In this document: positions 11,302 to 23,462 of the stretch, one piece after another | Layout of the letters: each line of letters opens with the position of its first letter | How positions within the stretch are numbered: the stretch's first letter is position 1 | Assembly (NCBI RefSeq): GCF_018350175.1 | Contig: NC_058368.1 | Location: 137,766,001-137,830,000, forward strand | Reading direction: 5' to 3' | Origin: Felis catus | Lineage: Eukaryota | DNA length: 64,000 bases | Translations under genes and position numbers: made by a program | The notes under the pieces: model-generated | Databases searched by the model: none | What the model was told of the DNA's origin: nothing | What the model saw: the letters and a program-made list of their open reading frames with translations, nothing else

Positions 11302-11966
11302 TGTGGTAGCCAGCTTTCAAGATGGCCTCCAATGATCCTTACCTCCTGGTCTTCACACTCTTCTACTGTTTCCTTCCACACTCTAACAGTGTGAGTCTGT
11401 ATGACCAACGGAACATGGCAGAGGAGGTGACATATCATTTTCACTACGAGGTTATAAAAGGTACAGAGGCTTCCATTTTAATCTCTCTCTTGAATCATTC
11501 ACTCTGGGGAAAGCCATCGCCATGTTGTGAGGATACTCCGTAGAGAAACCCATGTGACGAGGAACTGAGGCCACCAGCGAATAGCCATGGGAGTGAGCCA
11601 CCTTGCAAGCCGCTCCTCCAGCCCCAGTCAATGACCTGACTGCAAGCCAGAAACACCAGCTAACCTGCTATTGAATTTCTGACCTACAGAAACTGTGAGA
11701 TAATAACCGTTCGTTGTTAAGCCATTAAGTTTTTTACAAGCTTATTTATTTTGAGAGTTGGGGAGTGGGACAGAGAGAGAGAGAGAAATTCCCAGTGGGG
11801 CTCCATGCCCAGCTCAGAGCCCAGATCGGGGCTGAGTCCCATGACTGTGAGACCATGACCTGAGCCGAAGCCAAGAGTCAGATACTCAACTGACTGAGCC
11901 ACCCAGACACCCCAAGCCATCAAGTTCTGAGGGCAATTTGTTAAGCAGCAATAGATAATTAATATA
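11302..11966 (+). mobile_element. MaLR LTR, MLT1E/F-like, interrupted by a SINE
   Basis: TGTGGTAGCCAGCTTTCAAGATGGCCTCCAATGATCC start; GACCTACAGAAACTGTGAGATAATAA and ATTTGTTAAGCAGCAATAGATAATTAATATA end. Confidence 0.88.
11732..11913 (-). mobile_element. CAN-SINE inside MLT1
   Basis: Reverse SINE; TSD AAGCCATTAAGTT/AAGCCATCAAGTT at 11719-11731 and 11914-11926. Confidence 0.92.
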
Positions 11967-12641
11967 ACCAGGAATGGAGACAACTCCTGACTTACTCCTC
12001 CTCTGGAGGTCCTAGTCAACTAACTCTCCTCTCTGCCTCGCTGCTCTTGCCATAGGATGGTCTATACTGAGGTGGGAGCATCTTTGTACCAAAAATCTCA
12101 AAATTTTTGAGCCTCAGTCCCTGGCCTTGAATGTTTCAGATGGAATCAAATGCAAATTGCTTAAAAGATTTGAAAAAAACCCAGCTATTTTAACTGGTTA
12201 CCGAAGTAGATTCGTGCTAACACGAGACTCTACTTTTTTACTTATCAGGAAAGTAAGGCTTAAAAAAATATTCATACTTCATGGTGAAAAGGTGGTTCAA
12301 CTTTTCTGAAATGTACTAAGGATATTCAAAACTTTTCATGCTCTTTGATGCAGAGTTGGTTATACTTCCAGAACTAGATCTTAGGAAAGCAATCTGAAAC
12401 GTATAGCTAAAGATGTTTCCTGAAGCATTTATAGTAGCAGAACAGTAGACACAGCCTTTGTCCTGTATTAGAGGATTTGCTTTTTTTTTTAAATTATGGT
12501 ACGTCCACTTCATTTGAAATTGTGTTATTATTAAAAAGTAAGCTTATATAGTTTTTTAGTATGTGGGCCAATGTTTAAGTAGAAAGGCGGGATACAAAAT
12601 TAGAAATGCAATATACTTTCAAGTCTAAAAATGTAAACATA

Positions 12642-12850
12642 GGGGCGTCTGGGTGGCTCCATTGGGTAAGTGTCTGACTCTTGATTTCAGGTCATGATCT
12701 CACAGTCATAAGATCGCGCCCTGGCATCAGGTTCCGAGCTGGGCATGGAGACTGCTTAAGATTCTCTCTCTCCCTCTCTCTCTCTCTGCCCCTCCACCAC
12801 TCATGCATGCTCATGTGCTCTCTCTCTCTCTCTCTCAAAAATATAAATAA
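12642..12850 (+). mobile_element. CAN-SINE (older), apparently within a degraded L1ME-like 3' fragment
   Basis: GGGGCGTCTGGGTGGCTCC head, (CT)n body, AAAAATATAAATAAA tail. Confidence 0.9.
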
Positions 12851-12981
12851 ATATAAATATAGATAAAAGACTGGAAAGAAATGTGCTAAAATATTATCAT
12901 CACCTACTGTTTGAATACTCCATCCAGGCAAGGATTTGGGATAATTATTTTCATCTTTATACTTTTAGAATTCTCACTTTA

Positions 12982-13230
12982 TTTTTTTTTATTTTTATTT
13001 ATTTTTTTAAAAAATTTTTTTTCAACGTTTATTTATTTCTGGGACAGAGAGAGACAGAGCATGAACGGGGGAGGGGCAGAGAGAGAGAGGGAGACACAGA
13101 ATCGGAAACAGGCTCCAGGCTCTGAGCCATCATCATCCCAGAGCCCGACGCGGGGCTTGAACTCCCGGACCGCGAGATCGTGACCTGGCCGAAGTCGGAC
13201 GCTTAACCGACTGTGCCACCCAGGTGCCCC
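12982..13230 (-). mobile_element. Young SINEC_Fc-type SINE
   Basis: Perfect 16-bp TSD TAGAATTCTCACTTTA at 12966-12981 and 13231-13246; small internal (CAT)n slippage. Confidence 0.97.
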
Positions 13231-13311
13231 TAGAATTCTCACTTTAATAGGTATTAGTTTTTATGCCAAGAAAACAAAATGTTTAAAAATTGCAAATGTA
13301 GTAAAGATTGC

Positions 13312-13313
13312 GA

Positions 13314-13345
<32 letters not shown>

Positions 13346-13395
13346 AGGAAGGAAGGAAGGAAGGAAGGAAGGAAGGAAGGAAGGAAGGGAGGAAA
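13312..13395 (+). repeat. Compound (GAAA)n(GGAA)n purine microsatellite
   Basis: Direct read. Confidence 0.95.
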
Positions 13396-14899
13396 TATAA
13401 TCTTAAAGCCTCTAGCATTTTTTTCATTGCCTTTTATCCATAAGCTACAATACTTTGGGTGATGTATGAACGACTCATTGAAAACTCCTGGCCCATGCAT
13501 GTTCACATTTCCTCTTCTTTCAGGTAGGGGACTAAGGGACATTCTCCAATGAGACAGTGGAATGGGAAACAAGTGCGTCATGAGACCACAAGAGTCCTTG
13601 TGGCATTCCAACGACAAAGTGCCCAGGGTGAGGTGCTCCGAAGGAAGCCCTGTTAACTCAGGATTCTGTTTTCTTTATGTAAGGATGGAAGTAGGAAGAT
13701 ATAATGCAATTATAAAAAGTTGGTCATCGACTCTGAAAACGACTCAAATTACTGACAGCTTAAAGCAATCAACGCTAGGAAAGCCATAATTATCCCAATA
13801 CTGTAAAGGTTTGGGGTTTTAAAAAAAAAAAAAAGAAAGAGTTCTTGCAATCTATGTCTTTCTGTCTGGATCTCTCTGGTTACATAACTAGAAAAGGGCC
13901 TGCACAGGAATGAATCGCAGATGGCTCTGCTCAGTGTTTGCTTTGAAGTCGGTTCAACTCGATTTATCTGGTCCGTGGTTTGAGGATGGGTGGAAGGCTC
14001 CAACAACACAACAGTGTCCGGGCCTCAAATTAGGGACAGAGCAACCATTTCCTGGGCATAGTGTGTGAGGAAAGGATTTTCCCTTTCGGGGTGCTGATCC
14101 TGATCCTGCTAGCTGTAGGAGAGGGGTGGAAGGTATTGCTTCCTTGTCTGCTGGTCCTGGAGCCTAGAGGCAGCTGAGACAGCTTCTTGCCCTGCTGTGG
14201 GAAGGCTGCGGCTCTAAGCATGAACCAGGCTTGGCCAGACTGGTCCCCTCCAACCAGGGAGACATCAAGACCACTCTTAGCAGGACAAGGTCGAGGGGGG
14301 CCCTGGGGTTCAGCCTCCATTGTGGGTCTCCGTAGTTACAGCTCGTTGCTCTGTTCATGTTCTCTCGGGTAGTTAATTACATCATTTCTCTCGGCAGTTT
14401 TCTGAAGGGAATAATTGACTCAAGAAGCCGGAGTGTCAAATATTTGTGGAGGGCGACGTGAGGTGACTGTGGGAGGCAGCAAAAGTGAGAAGGCCCCATT
14501 GAGAATGGCAGACCCACGGAAGGCCAGGGACCAGGAAGGCAGCAGAAGTCACCTAGTTCAGGAGCCACGGATACAGACGCCCACAGTGACAGAGTAGGTC
14601 ACCGAAAAGCAGGAACTTGGCAGGTCTGATACAGCCTGGAGCAGAGGGGGGGCTATGGATTGGAGAATGCATACCCTTTCTAATAGCATACAAAACAATC
14701 TTAATAAACAAATTACAGGTCAAAATAAACACAGTTGCAGGTTGGATTTGTCCCAAGGGTCAGCAACTTGATATTCTTGGGTGGTCACACCCCTTTGATG
14801 TACAGATAATAAACAGGTCTGGGGAGACAACTCATTCAGTCAGTGATGAGCTGGCCTCAGAACCCAGGTTTCCTGGCTCCCTGGCTGGTGCCCTTCTGG

Positions 14900-15609
14900 T
14901 TCGAATCTCTGCAGAGAAAACTGCCCTGATGGCAGGCCCGCCTCCTCCACTCCCCCATAAGGGTCAGGATTGCAATTTGATAGCAAAAATGCACCCTACC
15001 AACCTCTTTCTGCAAATGGCCAGCCTCAAAAAACCCTCTGCCTCTAACTTGAAACAATCTTTTTTTTTTTTTTTTTTTTTAATATCCCACAGCTCACTTG
15101 CTACCCTGCAGCAAGTGAGCCAATGAAGGTCCACCACATATACCTGAAGACCAATTAGAAAGTCTCCTTGAGGGTCGCCTGGGTGGCTCTGTTGCTTAAG
15201 TGTCTGGCTTTGGCTCAGGTCATGATCTCACGGTCCGTGAGTTTGAGCCTCACATCGGGCTCTGTGCTGACAGTTCGGAGCCGGAAGCCTGCTTTGGATT
15301 CCGTGTCTCGCTCTCTCCCTGCCCCTCCCCTGCTCACGCTCTGTCTCTTTCTCTGTCTCAAAAATAAATAAAGATTAAAAAAAATGAAGAAAGTCCCCTT
15401 GCTTCCAAAATTCCCACCTTAACAGAACACTTGCCAATCAGAGACTGTCTCAGTATCTCCTCTTTCTACTCTGTAAAGCAACTGTCCTTTCCTACTACCT
15501 TTCAACCCCTGCTGAAACAAAAGCGACCCGCAGAAAGGTTCCCTTGCTGTAAGTTTATGAACCAAAACCCTGAGTTCATTTTGTCCTGGCCGTGGCTTTG
15601 CCTCTGACA
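14900..15609 (+). mobile_element. Possible degraded ERV LTR interrupted by a SINE
   Basis: Several CCAAT boxes, CCCTTGCTGTAAG...ATGAACC 3' region, ends TGACA; family not identified. Confidence 0.3.
15171..15387 (+). mobile_element. CAN-SINE
   Basis: Full SINE; TSD AGAAAGTCTCCTTG/AGAAAGTCCCCTTG. Confidence 0.93.
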
Positions 15610-16094
15610 GCGGTGTGTGACCGGACTGGAGCCCTCGGGGATTTTGTCCCGTATCTGTCTATTCCTGGCAGAGTAGATAAAATTGGTCCCCCATCACCAG
15701 CAAGCTTTCCAAAACAGTCCACATTCCTGGGATGCCAGCTGGCAATTTCTGCTCCCCCCTGTCCTGGAGCTGCAGAAGAGGCGCCTGAGCCCACAGCACC
15801 CTGGGAATGGCGTCAGTCCCTCGGGCTTTGCACAGAGGCTCCTATGCAAAGCTCCTCCTGGAGCCCCACCGCACCCTGGCCAGCACTACCCCCTCATAAT
15901 CCTCGCCTGGGACCTGTGAGCCAGCCAGTCACATAACCTCTCTGCACTGCTGTTTTTCTTCAACTGTGAGAACAAAAATGCAGCCACTCAACATCCACTC
16001 ACTAAATATTTTCTCTGGTGCTCAAGCTGAGTAAAAGCCTTAGTGATCAAGACTCCCCCCTCTCCCTCGCCTGTGAGAAACTGCTGAGGCTCAC

Positions 16095-16315
16095 AATTAC
16101 ATTTATTGAGCACTTACTATTTCCCAGGCACAGAGCTAAGCACGTGATACTCTTCCTCTCACCTGATTCTCAAGAAAACCCCATGAGCGAGGCATTCTTG
16201 TCTCCTTTGTGCCAGCGACGACACTGAGACTCAGAGAAGTTTAGCGAGTCGCCCAGGATCACACAGGGGCAGAGTTAAGATTTGAACCTAGGTTTAAGCT
16301 GGATCCTTGACCACT
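16095..16315 (-). mobile_element. MIR
   Basis: ATTTATTGAGCACTTACTAT...ACTGAGACTCAGAGAAGTTTAG...CCCAGGATCACACAG...GATTTGAACCTAGG. Confidence 0.85.
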
Positions 16316-16632
16316 TTCCTGTATGGCATAACAGCCTTTCTCAGGGACCCTCAGGCTCTCCCCTACCTCCACCCTATACCACGGACCACAGTTCCATGTC
16401 ACTGCCTTCTTCTAAACCCAGACCAGCCTGGTATGAGGCTCTGGGGTGTGGAGAGAGAACAGAACCTTTAAGTCCTTTGTAGGTCCTAAGACATGTAACT
16501 TCTACAGGTACCACTTCAATGACAGCAACTATATTAAAATGTTTCCACAACCCATCTTAAATATAAATGCCATTAAAAACATTCTGAAGGTAATTTTATA
16601 AGTTTTCTTTTGAAATCATTTTTTTAATTTTT

Positions 16633-16844
16633 TAAATTTTAATGTTTATTTATTTTTGAGAAACAGAGAGGGACAGAACACGAGTGGGGGAGGGGCAGAG
16701 AGAGAAGGAGACACAGAAGCCGAAGCAGGCTCCGGGCTCTGAGCTGTCAGCACAGAGCCCGATGCAGGGCTCAAGCCCACGGACTGCGAGATCATGACCT
16801 GAGCCGAAGTGGGAAGCTTAAACAACTGAGCCACCCAGGCGCCC
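16633..16844 (-). mobile_element. CAN-SINE
   Basis: Reverse SINE ending GAGCCACCCAGGCGCCC; TTTTTAATTTTT on both flanks. Confidence 0.94.
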
Positions 16845-16965
16845 TTTTTTAATTTTTACTTGGCCATTTTATTTTCTTATTTTGAAATCAATTTAATCAC
16901 TCATTCTGAAACATTTTGCTTGAAAAGCCCTAGGCACTGGGCTTATAGAGTACTTAAACGACTTA

Positions 16966-17171
16966 ATTTTTTTTTTTTTAATGTTTATCATTTTTGAGAG
17001 AGAGAGAGAGAGCAGGGGAGGGGTAAAGAGAGTGAGACACAGAATCCAAAACAGGCTCCAGGCTCTGAGCTATCAGCACAGAGCACGACATGGGGCTCAA
17101 ACCCACAAACCGTGAGATCGTTACCTGAGCCAAAGTTGGACGCCTAACTGACTGAGCCACCCAGGTGCCCC
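16966..17171 (-). mobile_element. CAN-SINE
   Basis: Reverse SINE ending GAGCCACCCAGGTGCCCC. Confidence 0.94.
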
Positions 17172-17531
17172 TGAAGTGACTTTTTAAAACTTCTTGGGTT
17201 GTGGAGAGAGTACCTCCATAGGGTTCCATGCCCTCACCAATGCGTGAACTTTTGAGTCAATTTCCAGAAGCATTATTTTTGCCTCCTGAGCTGACGGCAC
17301 TAAATCCTTTCCATGAGTGCCTTCTGGGAATTTCTGCCCGTCTACTGTTTTGGAGTTCTTTTAGCCTTTTGGTGCTGTGGGAGGGGAGTAACTGGAAACA
17401 ACCATGGTTTGGGTGGTGCATCCCAAGTCCTCCGTGACTGCAGCCATGGGGCGCCCTCCTCCCTGAGGGAGGGTCAAAGACTGGCAAGGATGCATTTTGG
17501 AGACATTGACACTCCTTTATCTCTGGGATGG

Positions 17532-17938
17532 TGTATTCGCTGGCTATAGCAAAACACCACAGACTGGGCGGCTTACAGCACAGAAAGGTACTTGTCCACA
17601 GTTCTGGAGGCTGCAGGGCAGAGATCAAGTGGCTTTCTCGAAGGGCCATGAGGGCAAGACCTGCTCCAGGTGTCTCTCCTCAGCTTGCAGACGGCTGCCC
17701 TCTTGCTGCCCTTTACCAAGTTAGCCCGTTGTTCTTGCACATCCCCAGTTTCTGTCTGCTTGTCCTAATCTCCTCTTCTTACAAGAAGGACACCAGATTG
17801 GATTAGGGTCGCTCTAATGGCTTCATTTCGATCATCTCTTTGAAGACCCTATTTCCAAATATGGTCACTTTCTGAAGTACTGAAAGTTAGGATGGTAACA
17901 TATGAACTTGGGTGTGAGGCACAGTTCAGCCTACGACA
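17532..17938 (-). mobile_element. MaLR LTR, MLT1B-like
   Basis: CACCACAGACTGGGCGGCTTA...GAAGACCCTATTTCCAAATATGGTCAC...ACATATGAACTTG...CAGTTCAGCCTACGACA. Confidence 0.85.
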
Positions 17939-18069
17939 GATGGGGTTTGGCTTAAAATGCCCTGATGGTGCTCAGAGGCATTCCCTCTACCTTCGCCTAG
18001 ACCTCAGGAGAAGGCTCCGCCCCACTCACATCAGAGCTGGAGTGAGTTCTAGCGCTTCTGCCCTGTGTG

Positions 18070-18240
18070 TGCTTGTTAAGCTCTGGGCTAAATAAATGCC
18101 TTAACTCAACATCCGGTGCTGTGGTTATTATCCCCACTTTGCACATCAGAAAACAGAGAGGTTAAGCAATCTGCCCAAGATTAGTCAGCTAAAAAATGGC
18201 AGGGCTAGGACATGAAATGAAGCAGGCCATGCTCTCAGCC
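18070..18240 (-). mobile_element. MIR
   Basis: TTATTATCCCCACTTTGCACATCAGAAAACAGAGAGGTTAAGCAATCTGCCCAAG core. Confidence 0.75.
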
Positions 18241-18318
18241 TCTACAATATGTGGGTTTGTAAAAGCCCTTTATGGGCAAGCAATAGCCTTTCATTTGCAA
18301 AGGATTTGGTTTGCTCAT

Positions 18319-18319
<1 letters not shown>

Positions 18320-18363
<44 letters not shown>

Positions 18364-18368
18364 GTGTG
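18320..18368 (+). repeat. (GT)n microsatellite
   Basis: Direct read; one GC interruption near the 3' end. Confidence 0.97.
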
Positions 18369-19589
18369 ATGGAGAGAGGTGATAAACAACTTCTTGTTTT
18401 GTGTTTTGTTTTGTTTTGTTCTGTGTAGAGTGGTTCAGAGACTTGCCCGAGAGATCACCCATAGTCAGGCCTTTGGTTTCAAAGATGGAGGCCAGAGAGG
18501 CAATTTGGCATGATGGCCTAGCAGTAGGGAGGTAATAGGGACTGTGAGTTTGAGGTTAAGAGAAAAGGGCCCTCTGCCCAGGACTGTCTCCCAAGATCTG
18601 GAAGGGGTCGGTACAAACAGCATCCAGGGTGGGTAGAGGCTGAACCCACTCACATACTCAGACCCCAAGGTGGAAGAATCAGGATGCCCAGTGCCTATGG
18701 AAATAGACACTGATTCCTGTGACTCTGGAACCCTATACGACGGTCCCTGAGGCCAAACCTGGCATAAAGGGAAGCATCTTCAAGAAGAACCACCCTCCTT
18801 TGAATGCTGACTGACAGATGAAGATACATCCTCCTGTCTCACAAGCCCAAGGGTTCTGACCTAAGGAGGGGGAGGGGGTGCGGGGGAGGAGACACAGAAC
18901 CCTGACAACTGGCCCTGGGATTCTCCACATCCGGTCAAGTGGGTGCGTGCATAGCAGGTTTATTTTGATTTAGAGAAATAAATGTGACATTTCTTATCAT
19001 TCGAGTGCCATGACACAATTCACATTGCACATTTATTCTGGCTCCTTTCCAATTTTTCCCATCTTGTTCAAGCTGTGGGATCCCAAACTGGGTATGACAG
19101 ATTAGTCAGGAGTGTGCAGAAAGGGGGTTAGAATTCACACTGACCAACCCAACTGTTTCCTGGTCTGATCACAGAAGTAGCTAATGTATGAGTGTCACCT
19201 GTGTATTTAGCGGTCTCATCAAAATGTGGTCATTTCCCAAACCAGGCATTAGGCTTCTCCTAAATGGAAACCAGGGCTTTACCTCGGCTCTCTCACCCCA
19301 TCTTGTAACAGCCCAGAACCCAACGCCTGGAGAAAGCTTCTATGTGGAAAGACAAATGTGTTTAAGATTTGAATGATCTTTGTGCACAGGCTTATTTTCT
19401 GGGTAATGACGGATCTGCCCCTACAATGGGCACTAATCCCAGCCAACTGTGATCTAACCAGGGATTTTAGGCCAGAAGCATCATAATCAGAAATTATCTG
19501 GCATCTCTCAGCAGGTGCTAGACAAGAAGTACCGTGGAAGTTGCTGGCAGCTTTCTACTTATCCCTGACTTGCCAGACTCTCACCTGGC

Positions 19590-20250
19590 TCAGTGGAGAA
19601 AGGACTGCTTTAGAATCCAAAAGAGTTGGATTTTGAGTTATTTAACCTTGGATGAATTCCTTGAGCAAATTACTTAGCCTCTCTTAACCCTGTTTCCTGG
19701 TTTTTTTAATGGGGAAAAGAGCAATTCCTTTAAGGCATTTCTAAGAGGATTAAATGATGTCACTTATGCAAAGCCCAGTCATCATTGGCTGCCCTACCTC
19801 ATCCTGCTGCCCCCCCCCCCCCGCCCCATCCATTCCTCAGGGATAAGACCAGCATCCAGAAACACTCCTGAGAAGAAAGTAAGCACTGGGAAGCATTCGT
19901 AGAGGAAAGATAACTGCCTGGAGACTCTGGACCTCACACCGAAGAAAGGGCACAAAGATTTGGGACAAGGAACGCAGCCCATTTGGGGACTGGGAATTGC
20001 GTCTGAGAGCCCCAGGCTCTGCTTACCTCCACCGGAGAGCCATCTAGGTGAAAGGCAGCTCAACAGTGCAGGCCTGCATGGGGCAGCATGGCAGGCTGGT
20101 TGAGATCATAGACCTGAGTTTAAATCCTCATTCTGCCGCTTACCACCTTATGACCTTGGATATGTCACGTAACCTATCTGAGCTTACGTTATACCCTGTG
20201 AAATAAATAGTTTGAAACACTAGCACCGTGTCTGGCATCTAGTTGGCACT
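19590..20250 (+). mobile_element. Two MIR fragments (about 19590-19790 and 20080-20250)
   Basis: CCTTGAGCAAATTACTTAGCCTCTCT...GAGGATTAAATGA and CCTGAGTTTAAATCCT...TGACCTTGGATATGTCAC. Confidence 0.7.
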
Positions 20251-20390
20251 CAGAGGCATTTTGGTGGTTAAGAGCTTGGACTTAGGAGCCTGGCTCTTCC
20301 CCTCACTGACTTACTAACCATGGTCAAGTAACCACCCTCTCACTGCCTCAGTTTCTTTCTTCGCAAGACAGGGACAGTAATACTACCTAA

Positions 20391-21054
20391 TACTCTTAGT
20401 TTGGGTGTCTCCAGAAGCTCTTAGACCATGATTTGAGAGCAAGGAGTTTATTTGGGAGGTGCTTCTAGGGAACACTGGTAGGGAAATAGAGAAGTGAAAC
20501 ACGAAAGGAAAGGAAACTAGCAAAGGGTTACCTCTGTGGTCAGCTGGAGCTTCTTAGCACTGGGGAGATGGGAGAGTGTAGAACGTCACCCCAGATATTC
20601 CCAACCAAAGGTCAAGGAAGCTTGGGGCGCCTGGGTGGCTCAGTCAGTTAAGCGTCCGACTCTTGATTTCAGCTCAGGTCATGGTCTCACAATTCGTGAG
20701 CTCGAGCTCCCTGCTGACGGCACGGAGCCTGCTTGGGATTCTCTCTCTCCCTCTCTCTGCCCCTCCCCCCATTTGCACTCTTTCTCCCCGTCTCTCAAGA
20801 TAAACAAACAAATAAATAGGCAAGGAAGCTAGAGTGTTTATCCACCAAAAGTCCATCGGTCATTGGTTGAAGGCTGTTTCTGAGGATCTTAACTCTCAGC
20901 ATCCCCAGAGTCTTGCGTGTGAGTTAAGTGTGCTCCCCAAACCAGGGGAAACAAAGATTATTTAAGCAAAGAATTTCAGGTGCATGCAGCAATAGTCTGC
21001 AGGATAGGGGAGAATGACAGCAGATATGATCAGGGCACCAGCAGCATCTGCTAT
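20391..21054 (-). mobile_element. MaLR LTR, MLT1I/J-like, containing a SINE
   Basis: CTTAGTTTGGG...GAGTTTATTTGGGAGGTG...TTTATCCACCAA...TCATTGGTTGAAGGCTG...CAGCATCTGCTA; 5-bp flanks CCTAA/CCTAC. Confidence 0.82.
20624..20818 (+). mobile_element. CAN-SINE inside MLT1
   Basis: Full SINE; TSD CAAGGAAGCT at 20613-20622 and 20821-20830. Confidence 0.93.
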
Positions 21055-22109
21055 CCTACCTCATAGGGCTGTTATCGTGATTTAATAAAATAAACATGTA
21101 AAGTTCTTAGGACAATGCCTGGCATGGAGTAATGACTCTCCCAGATGACACGCACACTAAACAGGTTCAAATAATCTTTCACTTAAATACATTTCAAAGT
21201 ACTTGTGGATATTCTTCATTGTTTCGTATTTAATGGAAGGGAATAATTAGGAAGAGATAATCAAGTTCAAAAATATTTATGCACCATCCACCGTGCCTGT
21301 GTTCCCGTGATAATCAATAGAAATAAAGACTTTAGACATCTGAGGCAAGGCTTTACTCCTATCACCTCTTCCTAAGCATATCCTTTTGCTTGTTATCCTT
21401 TAAAAAATGTTTTCTTTATTTCTGACCTCTTCCTGACTTCATTTTGCAGTTTGCATGCGGGGTTGTTGGTAATCTTTGAACCACCATGGAGTATATGAAT
21501 TGCCAAAATCATGGAGACAGGCAAATCCCACTTTTCAATTTGATGAATAAAGATGTCAAAGAAAAAATGGTGACAAAGAGCTCTCAGCAAGCCTACTCAT
21601 CAGCAGGAAAGATTCACACTCTTCTCCCATATTATTAACCTAGTCCTTCATCGTTAAATATGAACAGACCATCAAGAACCAACTGATCTTTGGGAGAAAA
21701 AAAATCAATGGCACAAAAGAGGAACAAAAGGAGCAAATAGAATAATCTACACAGAGGGAACAGACAAAATGCAGGAAATAACAGGACGTCTACAACTGCA
21801 TATTCATATGTTTAGAGAAACTTGAGAAGTCATTGTAAGCACAAAACAAGAACAAGTTGCTATAAAAAAGGAAGGAAAATAATGAACAGTAACAAGAGGG
21901 CTTGGATATTAAAAGATACTTAGATGCAAATTTAGCAAAGCATATGCAGGACTTGCAGGCTAAAATGCAGAGTACTCTATGAAGCTTAAATTTAAGGAGT
22001 CTCGGGCATCACTATCACTATGCTATTGTAGAAAGAACTTAGACCTGAGATGGAAACTTGGTGTGTCTAGAGCTGTGAGATTTTGGCAAATTCACCTCAA
22101 ATATCTACC

Positions 22110-23174
22110 ACAGATGCATTTTTGTCATGGCTGAGTTGAAGCTGTTGCCAGATAATTCTAACATCTCTGTCATCTCAGTGTTGGCGTCTTTTGCTTGTCT
22201 TTCTTCATTCAGTCTGAGATCTTCCTGGCTCTTATATGCCAAATGATTTTCAATGGAAACTTGGATGTTTTTGTATTATATTATGAGATTGGGTCTCATT
22301 GATACCTTCTTCTCTATCTACCCCTTACCCCCACCCCCGCCTTTTTAAACACTATTCCAGCAGGTAAAGGAGGTGAGGGTACATCGCCCTGTTACTTACA
22401 GATAGAGGTAGGAGTCCAGGTTCCTCATGTGGACTCTAGTGACATGGGGAAAGGCCTCTTCTTCACTGCTGTGTGGGAATGGGGATTCTGGGTCCCCATG
22501 TGGTCTCTACAAACACTGAAGTGGGGTTGACCACGTTGCCTGTAGCAATTGTGAAGGTCCTGACTCTCCACTCTCTACTAGGCCTCCTCTGACCCCACCC
22601 CAGTGGGAAGGAGGGGGGGATGTCTCATTACTGCCAGATGGGGTAAAAGTCCAAGCTCCCTATGTGGTCTCCACTGACACCACAGGGGTGGAGATTAAAG
22701 TCCTAGCTCCCTATTTGGCCTCCTCTGACTCCATCCAAGAGGGTTTGGGGGATGCCTCAATATAGCCTTGTAAGAGTGGGAGTGTAGGCCTTTGGGTAGG
22801 GTAGGGCCCCGGTTTTTTCTGTGTTGTTTGGCTAGAGTCGGGTGGTTACTATCCAAGTTTTCTCTTTTGCTAGGCTGCACCTTTCCTGGTCCTTTGGCTA
22901 GACAGAGCAGGAGTTTGTTGGAGTCTTTTATGTCCGCACCCATTGGCATTTCTTTGGTGCCCCAAGTCTAGGATGTATAAGGGAATAAGAAAACTGAGCT
23001 AACTCACTTCTGTGTCATTCCTGGGTCCTCGTGTCCCTAGCTGGTCTGCCTTTTCTCCTCCACCTTTCATAGTCTCTTTGTGCTTGTTTCATATAGAATG
23101 CCAGGGTTTTCGTTGCATTTAGTATCAGGAACAGGAAAAAATGCATCTGTTCTATCTTTCCTGATATCCAAGTC
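22110..23174 (-). mobile_element. Ancient L1 5' end (L1MC/L1MCa-like 5' UTR)
   Basis: Reverse complement reads GACTTGGATATCAGGAAAGATAGAACAG...AACCCTGGC...GAAAGGTGGAGGAGAAAAGGCAGACCAGCTAGGGAC, with repeated GGCCTCCTCTGAC units. Confidence 0.75.
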
Positions 23175-23224
23175 ATTCAGTTGTCATTTTAAAGTAACTA
23201 GTAAAATTAAGAGTTTCATTTCAA

Positions 23225-23462
23225 GGGTACCTGGATGGCTTAGTCGGCTAAGCGTCTGACTTTGGCTTAGGTCATGATCTCGCGATTCATGAATTCGAAC
23301 CCTGGGTCGGGCTCCAGGCTGACAGCTCAGAGCCTGGAGCCTGCTTTGGATTCTGTGTCTCTCTCTGTCTTCTCTCTGCCCCTCCCATGCTTGCACTCTG
23401 GCTCTCTCTCTCTCTCTCTCTCTCAAAAATAAATAAACATTGAAAATTTTTAAATAAAAAAA
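23225..23462 (+). mobile_element. CAN-SINE
   Basis: Full SINE; TSD AAGAGTTTCATTTCAA/AAGAATTTCATTTCAA. Confidence 0.94.

Larger units (their letters stand above)
20262..21135 (+). mobile_element. MIR split by an MLT1 LTR
   Basis: TGGTGGTTAAGAGCTTGGACT...CCTCAGTTTC...AGTAATACTACCTA left; CCTACCTCATAGGGCTGTT...GTAAAGTTCTTAGGACAATGCCTGGCAT right. Confidence 0.82.

Noticed and set aside
14617..15126. 169-aa ORF
   Set aside because: Non-ATG start, runs through a poly(T) tract and probable LTR remnant, no recognisable domain.
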